The notes below the pieces were generated by a model. The model was not told the origin of the DNA. It saw only the letters and a program-made list of their open reading frames with translations, and made no database searches. 64,000 nucleotides of DNA from a virus. Lineage: Duplodnaviria > Caudoviricetes. Numbering within the stretch: position 1 is the stretch's first letter; every line of letters begins with the position of its first letter. Location of the stretch: positions 1 to 64,000 of IMG/VR virus record IMGVR_UViG_3300035520_001173, one strand, 5' to 3'. The position numbers and the translations under genes are program-made. Positions 1 through 9,500 of the stretch are shown here, piece after piece.

Positions 1-2
1 TA

Positions 3-335
3 AGTTTTATTACTGAAAACATTTGGAATAATGAGTTAACCACCGTAAAAGGGCAATACATTGATGATGTTTTAACTCCCACCCATAGTTATCCCTTATT
101 CGAATTGGTCGGCAGTGGCAAATTTAAATTCAAAAAATTTGCTACAATGTATGAATTATCTTGTGGCATTGATGATAATTTATATTTGCCAATTTCAGAA
201 GAAGGTGATAGTATGGCCCTGATTAAAAATATGAAGTTCGGTAAGGTAAACTATAATGGAGAAGTTTACTGTATTGAAGTCCCAAACCATACATGGTATG
301 TAAGACAAAATGGTAAAGCTCACTGGACTAAAAAC
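3..335 (+). mobile_element. C-terminal part of a mini-intein (no endonuclease domain) in the prohead protease
   Basis: Block B-like VLTPTH (nt 69-86), block F YNGEVYCIEVPNHTWYVRQNG and block G KAHWTKN ending in Asn (333-335), followed by Cys+1 (336-338). Only about 60 aa separate blocks B and F. Confidence 0.8.
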
Positions 336-761
336 TGCAATCACCCAGATACGTCGACTATAGACCTCAGTAGGATTGCAATGAATATTATTGAATTGCA
401 TTGGGAAGGTAGGACATTAGTCGGTAAAATGGAAATTCCAATTTCGGAAGGGTTTAGGAAATTGGGCGTTGTTTCTACTTGCGCTGATATTGTTGCACAA
501 TGGATTATTTCAGGCTTAAAGATTGGTGTTTCTTCAAGAGCTTTAGGTTCAGTAAAACAAATTGGAGATAAGTTGCTGGTTGACAGCGATTTAGAATTGA
601 TTGCATGGGATGTGGTAAGTAGCCCCTCGACACCGTCGGCTTATATTTCACGTGATGAATGCGGTTTACGGCCTTATATTGAATCCGATGAATCAAAAAA
701 AGGCCTCCCATTAATGAAAGAAGATAAATTTTCTAAATTTGAAAATTGGCTTTTAGGATAA
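3..761 (+). CDS. gp21: Prohead (head maturation) protease, T4 gp21-like, 5'-truncated by the window edge and intein-containing
   Basis: The frame is open from nt 3, upstream of the track start at 105. After the intein: C-N-H-P (catalytic His motif, cf. GE-x-NHP), IDLSRIA, KIGVSSRALGS (catalytic Ser) and WDVVSSPSTPSA. It lies upstream of the scaffold and MCP genes. Confidence 0.9.
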   Translation, partial: SFITENIWNNELTTVKGQYIDDVLTPTHSYPLFELVGSGKFKFKKFATMYELSCGIDDNLYLPISEEGDSMALIKNMKFGKVNYNGEVYCIEVPNHTWYVRQNGKAHWTKNCNHPDTSTIDLSRIAMNIIELHWEGRTLVGKMEIPISEGFRKLGVVSTCADIVAQWIISGLKIGVSSRALGSVKQIGDKLLVDSDLELIAWDVVSSPSTPSAYISRDECGLRPYIESDESKKGLPLMKEDKFSKFENWLLG

Positions 762-792
762 TATTTTCTAAAAACTTGACTATTTCCCATAG

Positions 793-2360
793 ATGGGAAA
801 GAAAATTACATTAGAAGAATTTGTAGAAAGGTCGAATAAAATACATAATAGCAAGTACGATTATTCAAAGTCCGTATATGTAAACTATAGTACTAAGGTT
901 TGCATTATCTGTCCTAACACGGGGAATTTTGGCAAGACCCAAGAACACATTTGAACGGTAGCGGTTGTCCAAAGTGTGCAACAGAGCAAGTGCATAACGC
1001 ACAGCGAAAGACCAACGAACAATTTTTAGAAGATTGCAAGAAAGTATGGGGAGACCGCTATGATTTATCTACTATCGAGTATAATGGTGTATTGGGCCGA
1101 ATTAAAGTTGGTTGTAGGGTTCATGGCGTTTTTGAAACTACAGCCAACGATTTTATATCGGGACATGGATGCCCTGTGTGTGCAGGCACTAAAAAGCTCA
1201 CAACAGAAGAGTTTATTAAAAGAGCTCGTGAAATACACGGTGATAGGTACGATTACTCAAAGGTAGACTATAAAAATATGACTACCCCTGTTTGTATAAT
1301 TTGTCCTATTCATGGGGAATTTTGGCAAAAACCGACTTATCACTTGCATGTAGGGCATGGTTGCCCTCAATGTTTCCAAAGCGTCAAGAAAACAACTGAA
1401 CAATTCATAGAAGAGGCCAACAAAGTACACAATGGAAAATATACTTATGAACATGTTGTTTATAACGGTAATAAGAAGCCTGTATTGATTACATGTCCTA
1501 AGCATGGAGATTTTTTAATGAGGCCATTATCTCACCTTCAAGGGCAAGGATGTCAAAAATGCTATGATGAAAGAAGAGGGCAAACAAGGCTATTGGACCC
1601 TGAAGTAGCCATTAAAAACATAAAAGAGGCATACGAATCCCGTGGCAAACATTATGATTTATCCAAGGCAAAATACGTAAATACTAAAACCGATATTACA
1701 ATTATTTGTCCTGAGCACGGTGAATTTAAAACGAAATATTATAAAATAATAAACCGTGGTGATGGTTGTAAAAAGTGCGCAAATATTCAAAATGGCATAA
1801 ATAAAAGGCTAACTACCGAAGAATTTATTGAAAAGGCAACAAAAGTTCATCATGGCAAATATGGCTATTCTAAAGCGAATTATAAAACAAGCACCGATAA
1901 GGTTACTATTACTTGTCCGATACATGGGGATTATGAACAAGTAGCGACTATTCATTTAAGCGGTTGTGGCTGTCCAAAGTGTAATCAATCAAAATTGGAA
2001 ATCAAATTTAAAAATATCTTAGATGAACAAGGTATAAAATATGTAGAACAGGCTAAATTTGATTGGCTTGGAACGAAGAGTTTAGATTTTTATTTACCTG
2101 AATATAATATTGCCATTGAATGTCAAGGTGGGCAACATTTATTCGAGGTAGAACATTTCGGAGGAGATGAGGGCTTTAATAAAGTTGTTTCAAGAGATAT
2201 TGAAAAGAATAAACTTTGTAATGAAAATGGTATTAGAATTCTCTATTATATTGAGGATATAAATAAAAAATTTACAAATAATAGTATTTTCAAAGGAATA
2301 TACAATAGCAATAATCTCATTATTGATTCAGAAGTTTTTAATATTCAGAACTATTTATAA
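793..2360 (+). pseudogene. Free-standing homing-endonuclease-like gene (DUF723-like Zn-ribbon repeats plus C-terminal PD-(D/E)xK/Vsr-like nuclease), frameshifted near its 5' end
   Basis: ATG at 793 gives MGKKITLEEFVERSNKIHNSKYDYSKS...CIICP. One base is missing at 916-917; adding it restores CP-x-HGEFWQDPRTHLNGSGC in frame with ORF 951..2360. Repeated YDYSKV.Y...V.I.CP.HG.F motifs and SLDFYLPEYNIAIECQGGQH. Confidence 0.8.
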
Positions 2361-2405
2361 TAGTAGGATTTTAAAAATAATTTAAGAATTTCACATATTA
2401 TTTAA

Positions 2406-2885
2406 ATGGGACGAAAGATTAAGATTTCTGAACAGGAATTAACTCAGCTTATCAATGAGTGTGTAACAAGGGCTATCAATGAAATTTCGATGGATACTCT
2501 TGATAGTGCTATTGATAAAGCAGGTAGCAGAGCGTATAGTGGCAGTCGTACTGGCACGTATAACACTCAAGCTCAACGCAATAAAGCCAATCAGCAATAT
2601 GCCAATCTCAGAAAAGCTCGTGCTGAAAGAATGGGCTATGACCCAACCAACCCAAAGGATGCAAACAATCCCGATAATGCATATAGACAAGCACGTTGGG
2701 AAAAGAATAACGATGAAAGGCGAGATGGCCGCCGTAGATATGAGAACGGTAAATGGTCAAGTGGCCATGAAACTTATTCTGCTGAAAGAATGCGTAAGAA
2801 TATGGAGGCAATGAATAAGTCCTTCGCTCCTAAAAAGAAAACTGGCTTAGTAGATAAACTTAAAGGTCTTGTAGGCAAAAAGTAA
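2406..2885 (+). CDS. Basic protein with N-terminal helical tag; putative internal head protein
   Basis: N-terminus KIKISEQELTQLINECVTRAINE; lies between the protease and scaffold genes. Confidence 0.5.
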   Translation: MGRKIKISEQELTQLINECVTRAINEISMDTLDSAIDKAGSRAYSGSRTGTYNTQAQRNKANQQYANLRKARAERMGYDPTNPKDANNPDNAYRQARWEKNNDERRDGRRRYENGKWSSGHETYSAERMRKNMEAMNKSFAPKKKTGLVDKLKGLVGKK

Positions 2886-2969
2886 TTATTTCTTTGAGGA
2901 ATAGCACTTTTCGTTTTATGAGACTATTTATTATTAAAAATAAGTCAATTTCAAATTGAATTCAATTAA

Positions 2970-4433
2970 ATGAAGAAAGATAATACGGCAGAAAAGACTA
3001 TCCAAGATGCTGAACGTTTAAGTAAGGCATTGAAGGAGAGTACCGAAAAATCTTTAAAAGACCTTATGAATGAAGCCATTTCTAATATCATCAAAGAAAG
3101 TGATGAAGAAGATGATGAGCCGATTGAAGATGAGGTTCCCGAAGATAATTCGGAAGAAGGAAAAGAAGAAGAAGATGTCAATTCCGATGATGTTACTTCT
3201 GATGAAGACAAAGAGGATACTGCAGTAGAGGATACTGAGGATTCTACAGAAGACACCGACCCTCTTGAAGACGGCGAAGGTGATGAAGATGAATGGTCTG
3301 ATTTAGAGCAATACAAGGTTGGTGACAATGATTATGATTTCACTGGCGTGGACGGAGACACTGTTCTCAAGGTGTACAACAAACTTAATGACGATGACAA
3401 AATCTTAGTTAAACAAACTGAAGATGGCAACTACGAAATTAAGGATGATGAGACTGGCGCTGAATATGTGATTGAACTTAATGATGATGCCGATATTGAC
3501 GATTTCCAAGGTGAAGAAGATGATGAGCCCGAAGATGATGCGGACATCGAATTAGAATTAGGCGGTGATGATTCAGAGGATGATTTAGAGCCTGAACTTT
3601 CTGATGAAGATGGTCTTGACGGCGAGGACTTAGACATCGAATTTGCTGATGATGAAGACAGTGACGAAGACGATGAAAATAAAGATGAATTAGACGAAGA
3701 CACAGACCTTATGACTAACGAGTATCAAAAGAAAACAGCAATGACACTCCCAAAGGATGGCAAGTCTAATAGTCCCTTCGATGCAGGCGCTCCTAAAGGC
3801 GGAGAAAATGCAGCTCGTCCCTATGGTAAACGTGGTAACGATAATCCGTTTGACAAATCAGTAAATGAATGTGGAGATGGTGCCTGTGGAACTAATGAAG
3901 ATGTGATTGAAGAGGATGGTTCTGGTCTCAATACCAAACATTCGACTAAAAAGTCAACCAATCGCATTAATAGAAGCGCTCAAAATCAGCGCAACAGTTC
4001 TGAAAATGGCGAATTCCAAGCATTGCGTGAAGGCGCAGTGAAAATCTACAATAAGGCCAAGGAGATTCAAAAGGAAAACAAACAATATAAAGAATGTATT
4101 GCCCAAATTAAAAAGTCTTTGAAAGAGGCCGCAGTTCTTAACGTAAACCTCACTCAAATTGTCAAACTCCTTTCTGAAAATACAACCACTCAGAAAGAAA
4201 AGAAAGACATCGTAGAACGTTTTAATAGGGTAACCACAATCAAAGAATCTAAGACTCTCTACGATTCAATTAAACGTGAATTAAATGAGTCAAGACGTAA
4301 AGAAGTGGTATTGGAACATGGTACAACCGCTTCTCCATTAAATACCTTAAATGAAACTACCATTTATAAAAACAGTAAGACTTCTAACCCTGCATTGGAT
4401 TTGATGTCTCGCATGGATAATCTTTGGAAGTAA
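2970..4433 (+). CDS. Prohead scaffold/core protein
   Basis: 487 aa, extremely acidic middle region, coiled-coil C-terminus with many L/I-x-E sites, directly upstream of the MCP; late motif at 2925. Confidence 0.75.
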   Translation: MKKDNTAEKTIQDAERLSKALKESTEKSLKDLMNEAISNIIKESDEEDDEPIEDEVPEDNSEEGKEEEDVNSDDVTSDEDKEDTAVEDTEDSTEDTDPLEDGEGDEDEWSDLEQYKVGDNDYDFTGVDGDTVLKVYNKLNDDDKILVKQTEDGNYEIKDDETGAEYVIELNDDADIDDFQGEEDDEPEDDADIELELGGDDSEDDLEPELSDEDGLDGEDLDIEFADDEDSDEDDENKDELDEDTDLMTNEYQKKTAMTLPKDGKSNSPFDAGAPKGGENAARPYGKRGNDNPFDKSVNECGDGACGTNEDVIEEDGSGLNTKHSTKKSTNRINRSAQNQRNSSENGEFQALREGAVKIYNKAKEIQKENKQYKECIAQIKKSLKEAAVLNVNLTQIVKLLSENTTTQKEKKDIVERFNRVTTIKESKTLYDSIKRELNESRRKEVVLEHGTTASPLNTLNETTIYKNSKTSNPALDLMSRMDNLWK

Positions 4434-4485
4434 ATCTAATAAAGGTATTTAATAATACGAAATAGTTCTTTTTGATTTATAGAAC

Positions 4486-4492
4486 TATTTAT
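4486..4492 (+). promoter_or_regulatory. Putative late promoter TATTTAT (MCP copy; one of 15 found)
   Basis: The same heptamer occurs about 20-50 nt before structural genes at + 2925, 4486, 10548, 30866, 37113, 38368, 41725, 44541, 57439, 58384 and - 13151, 18774, 30815, 37075, 63392. Confidence 0.7.
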
Positions 4493-4534
4493 TATTAAAA
4501 TAACAAAGAAAAACTAACGATTAGTTAAAATACA

Positions 4535-6379
4535 ATGATTTCTAATTTTTTGAATGGCGCAGGTGTAGGTAGCATTGCTACTAGCCTTCAGTCAGAAGCT
4601 CGTAAGCAAATTCAAGAACGTTGGGAAAATCTCGGTTTTACCAAAGGTCTTAAAGGATATCTCAAAGAGAACATGGCCGTTATCTTCGAGAACGAAGCTA
4701 ATCAGCTCCTTAAAGAAGCAACTGATTCTTCAAACAGCGGCTCTTTCGAAACAGTAGTATTCCCTCTTGTACGTCGTGTATTCTCTCGCCTCTTGGCTAA
4801 TGATATCGTATCTGTACAAGCAATGAACATGCCTATTGGTAAACTGTTCTTCATTAAGCCCGTTACTTCAGAACGTAAATGGGATATTCAGAGTGAAGAG
4901 GGCGTAACCGATGGTGATACTGGTTCGCACTATGGTCTCATGGGCTACGAGCGCACCGTAACTTCTAACGCTGGTGACAGCACTCCTGGTTCAAAAGAAA
5001 ACCGTTTTTATCTTCCCGATGAAGCTGTAAACGACAAAACTGTAGGCGTTACCAAATATATGAAGAAATCTCTCTATGACTTGTTCTATGATGATTTCTT
5101 ATATGACAACTCTAAGGGTAAAATTCATATCAAGGTTGGCACTATAGAAGCTGCTGGTATCTCGGCTAACGGTGAATACACCAAGGGTGCTGTTAAAGTT
5201 TGTGGTATTGATGATTCTGTACGTAATGCAATCGTAGCTGTAGGCGGTTTCTCTGCTTACAATTCTGCCAAACTTACAGGTCCCGACGGCAATGAAATGG
5301 ATACCGAAGCATTCGTAGCTTCTCTTAAAGTTATGGCTGTTAAGGATATCGAAGATGCTGAAGGTAAAGGTTTCACTACTTTTGCTAAGGGTGATTCAAT
5401 TCCTTTCCGCTTTGTAACTCAACGTTATGGTGCAGGTATTGTTGATAAGCCTTCTGTGGTAGGTGCTGATGGCAAGATTTACATTGAGCTCGATTTCGCT
5501 AAACCTACCCGTGAAATGCAGAAAACTGAAGATGGTTTCATTGGCGTTGACCCGACTGCAGTTACTGCCGATAACCTTTCAGACCTTTTCCAAGTTGCTT
5601 GGGCACAATATGACAGCCTTGAACTTGAAACCGAAATCGGTGAAGTAAGCTTCGAACTTTCTAATGTTGATGTAGCTGTTACTGAACGTAAGCTTCGTGC
5701 TACTTGGTCTCCTGAAATGTCTCAAGACGTTGCAGCTTTCCACAACATCGACGCCGAAGCTGAATTGACCGCAATCCTTTCTGAACAAATCGCTGCCGAG
5801 ATTGACCGTGAAATTCTCCGTGACCTCCGTAAGCAAGCTCCTTGGCAGTTGACTTGGGATTACAATGGTTGGAGACGTATGAATGGCTTCTCTACTAACT
5901 ACACCCAAAAGGACTGGAACCAAACTCTTATCACTAAGCTGAATCAGATTTCTGCACAGATCCACAAAGCAACACTGAGGGGTGGCGCTTCATTTATCGT
6001 ATGCTCAACTGAAATCTCAGCTATCTTTAATGATTTGGAATACTTCCACGTTACTGACGCTAATGCAGAAGCCAATACCTACTCAATGGGTATAGAAAAG
6101 ATTGGTTCTCTCCAAGGCCGTTACCAAGTATATGTAGACCCATATTCTCCTGCTGGTAGCATTATAATTGGTCATAAGGGTGATAGCTTACTTGATACAG
6201 GTTACATTTATGCTCCTTATGTTCCTATGCAATTAACTCCGACTATCTACAATAGTCAAAATTTTGCTCCTGTTAAGGGAATAATTTGTCGATATGCTAA
6301 AAAGATGGTAAATAACCGTTATTATGGTGGTGTAAGAGTTCTCGGACTCCAAACTTGGGATATGAGCGAGCTTCGCTAA
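4535..6379 (+). CDS. gp23: Major capsid protein, T4 gp23-like
   Basis: LVRRVFSRLLANDIVSVQAMNMPIGKLFF, RKLRATWSPEMSQDVAAFHNIDAEAELTAILSEQIAAEIDREI, YAPYVPMQ; strongly biased codon usage. Confidence 0.95.
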   Translation: MISNFLNGAGVGSIATSLQSEARKQIQERWENLGFTKGLKGYLKENMAVIFENEANQLLKEATDSSNSGSFETVVFPLVRRVFSRLLANDIVSVQAMNMPIGKLFFIKPVTSERKWDIQSEEGVTDGDTGSHYGLMGYERTVTSNAGDSTPGSKENRFYLPDEAVNDKTVGVTKYMKKSLYDLFYDDFLYDNSKGKIHIKVGTIEAAGISANGEYTKGAVKVCGIDDSVRNAIVAVGGFSAYNSAKLTGPDGNEMDTEAFVASLKVMAVKDIEDAEGKGFTTFAKGDSIPFRFVTQRYGAGIVDKPSVVGADGKIYIELDFAKPTREMQKTEDGFIGVDPTAVTADNLSDLFQVAWAQYDSLELETEIGEVSFELSNVDVAVTERKLRATWSPEMSQDVAAFHNIDAEAELTAILSEQIAAEIDREILRDLRKQAPWQLTWDYNGWRRMNGFSTNYTQKDWNQTLITKLNQISAQIHKATLRGGASFIVCSTEISAIFNDLEYFHVTDANAEANTYSMGIEKIGSLQGRYQVYVDPYSPAGSIIIGHKGDSLLDTGYIYAPYVPMQLTPTIYNSQNFAPVKGIICRYAKKMVNNRYYGGVRVLGLQTWDMSELR

Positions 6380-6400
6380 TATACTGATTTTCAATATATT

Positions 6401-6438
6401 AATCGCCTTTAAGATTCGTCTTAAGGGCGATTTTTGTT
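6401..6438 (+). terminator. Intrinsic terminator after the MCP gene
   Basis: AATCGCCTTTAAGA-TTCG-TCTTAAGGGCGATT followed by a T tract. Confidence 0.85.
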
Positions 6439-6521
6439 TATTTAATTTTGTACTGTTGAAAGGTATACTAAGGTAAGTTTTTTTTAGCCCACCTTATACC
6501 TTAATCATATTATAGATGCAA

Positions 6522-6553
6522 TTTGCATAAATAAGAAATTATTTGTAACTTTG
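6522..6553 (+). promoter_or_regulatory. Bacteroidota-type primary-sigma promoter
   Basis: TTTG (6522) -20 nt- TAACTTTG (6546). Confidence 0.7.
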
Positions 6554-6579
6554 CATTGGTATTAAAATACACACATAAT

Positions 6580-9500
6580 ATGATTAATGATATTCAGATA
6601 AAAAATCTTTGCGAGGATTACATTAATGGAGGCCATTTGACACCTATTGCTGAAAAATATGGCTTAAAGCAAGCTGATGTAAAAGTTATACTTAAAGAAA
6701 ATAATATTCAGATTCGTAAAAATAGAAAAAGGGGTGAAAAGATAGAATTCGTAATTCCTGATCATCGAATTAAGAAATATGATAAAGTTGAAAAAGGATA
6801 TCATTGGGTAGCAGTTTCAAAGTCTGACGGAACAAGATTTTACGATGCAGAAAATAAAGGTGGCTTTCTTACAAGCTATATTAAAAATACGCTTGGAATT
6901 TTAGTGCCACCATTATTCGAGCGCAACATATATTATAAAACGACAGGAAATTATTGGTGGGAGCAATATTTTGATGTTGTAAAAGAAAAAGATAAGGAAA
7001 CTAAGAAGTGCCCTTATTGTGATTGGGAAACTGTGGATATCCATAACAATAGCGGGGCATTTTTAGTCCATTTGGAGAAAACTCACGGGTTGACTAAAGT
7101 AGAGTACCTGAAAGAACATCCTGAAGATAGGAATTACTTTATCCTTGCAAATAAGAGCTTGAACAGGCATATAGAACTTGACGAAAGTAAATTTGTTATT
7201 TGTGCTGTTTGTGGTGAGAAATTCACAAAATTAACACCTAAGCATTTAAAAACGCATGGGCTAACAAAAGATGAGTATATTGCGAAATACCAAAAACCAA
7301 CATTGTCCGATGACTATTTAGGGTATTTAACTTCAGCAATGAAATACAGAAACGAATTTTGCATAACCCCATCATTTTCTTCTTTTGCTGAAGATACAAT
7401 AAAAGAGTTTCTTCTAAAATATGAAATTGAAGGCAGGCCTGATAGACATATCTTAAATGGCAAGGAAATAGACGTTTTTATCCCGTCTGAAAATATAGGG
7501 ATAGAATACAATGGTGTGCGATGGCATGGTGAATTCTTTGGCAAAAAAGATAAAGATTATCATTTGAATAAAACTGTTGAGGCGAAAAACAACGGAGTGA
7601 ATTTAATACAAATCTACGAAGATGAATATGAACTTCATGGCGAGAATTTACTCTTCAAGTTATTGCATATAATTGGCAAAGAAAATAAACTCGAAGCAAT
7701 AAAAGCCGATGCTTGCAACATTAAAGAAATAAACCAAGAGGAAGCATCTAAATTTATTAATACATATGATATCTATGATTATAAATGCTCTGAAATAAAT
7801 TATGGTGCCTTCATTGATGGGAATATTATTTCGGTAATTTCTTTTAATAATATTAGCCCTAAATACTTTGAATTAACGAATATATCGTGCGATTATCGAA
7901 AGAATTGCAATGCTGTGTTAAGAGCCCTTTTTGAATACTTTTTAGACCAATATAAGCCAAGTAAAATTGAATGTAAGGTTGACAGGAGGTTAGTCATTGA
8001 AGCCAATAACATATGCACCAATTTATTTGGTTTTAGATTTTCATCATATATCAGTCCTGATTATTGGCTGACGAATAGCCACATAAGCAAATATAAACGT
8101 TTTGATAAATCTTATATCGAAAACTTCGGCTTAGATAAGTACGAATGTAATACCGAAGTTTTAAAATCTAAAGGCTTCGATAAAATATGGGATTGTGGTT
8201 CTATTTTATATATTTGGGGTAATAGTAATGTTAGAAAGAAACCAATGACATCCCAAGATAAATTAAACGAATTCATAAGAAAGGCCAAATTAGCCCACCC
8301 AAATGAAAATTTAGACTATTCTAAGGTTGAGTATAAAACCAATAGGACTCCTGTATGCATTATCGACCATGATTTAGATGAGAATGCCGAAGAATATGGA
8401 GAATTTTGGCAAACTCCTTCAAATCACTTAAGGGGGCAAAGCCATCCAAGAAAAAGAACCCTCAAAATCAGAAAGCAAAGACAGACCGATAGGGATGAAT
8501 TAATTAGACGCTTCAAAGAAGCTCATCCTAATGATAACTTCGACTTTTCAAAAGTCGAATATATTAATATGCACACCCCTGTATTAGTAATCGACCACAC
8601 GTTAGATGCCCTCGGAAATGAATACGGAGAGTACTATGTAGAACCAAACAGTTTTTTGAAAGGTTTATACTCGGCTGAACGCCTCAAAAGGGATAGAGCG
8701 AATGCGGCTTTTTTAAAAATCAAAGAAGCTGAAGCTAAGCGTAAAGAACGAGAAGAAAAGAAAAGAATCAAAGAAGAAGAAAGGCTTGCAAAGACAGTAA
8801 ATAAAAAAGAAACAAAATCTTTCTATAAAGGTCATAAAGGCACTCTTGAAGAATTCATTATCAATGCTAAGGTAGTGCATCCTGACGAGAATTTAGACTA
8901 TTCTAAAGCAACTTATGTGGATGAGAAGACTCCCATCTGCATCATAGACCATGATTTGGATAAAGACGGGAACGAATATGGTGAATATTGGCAAGAGCCT
9001 TATGCTCATATGTGTGGATGTGGCCATCCAAGAAAATCATGGGATAGAAGTAGTGACTTAAGGCGAAAGAACCGAGAACAAGTAATTGAAGAAATCAAGG
9101 CTGCACACCCTGATGAAGATTTGGATTTCTCTAAAATGGAGTATATCAACAATAAAGTACCAGTTACTATTATTGACCACACTTTAGATGGCCTCGGCAA
9201 GGAATACGGTGAATATCAAGTTTTAGTTACAAGTTTTACTAAAAAGGGAAGCCGTGCTTTTGCTAAAGTTCAGAGGGATGCATATGTGAACTTTATTAAA
9301 AAAGCTAAAGAAATTCATGGTGATAAAGATGATTATTCTGAAGTAGAATATGCCTCAAGAACTACACCCGTAAAAATTATCTGCAAAGAGCATGGGCCTT
9401 ATTACCAAACAATTAATGCTCATCTTGCAGGATGCAGATGCCCTAAGTGTGCTAATCAAAAGCTTACACTCACGACTGATGAGTTTATTAAAAGAGCTAC

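Noticed and set aside
776-805. TTGACT upstream of the 793 endonuclease gene as a sigma70-like promoter
   Set aside because: There is no -10 element at 17 nt; that position is already inside the coding sequence.
2966-3703. Ser-rich minus-strand ORFs (2966..3328, 3431..3703) and similar shadow ORFs such as 5579..5965 and 42474..42965
   Set aside because: They are antisense shadows of codon-biased real genes, with no independent promoter or motif support.
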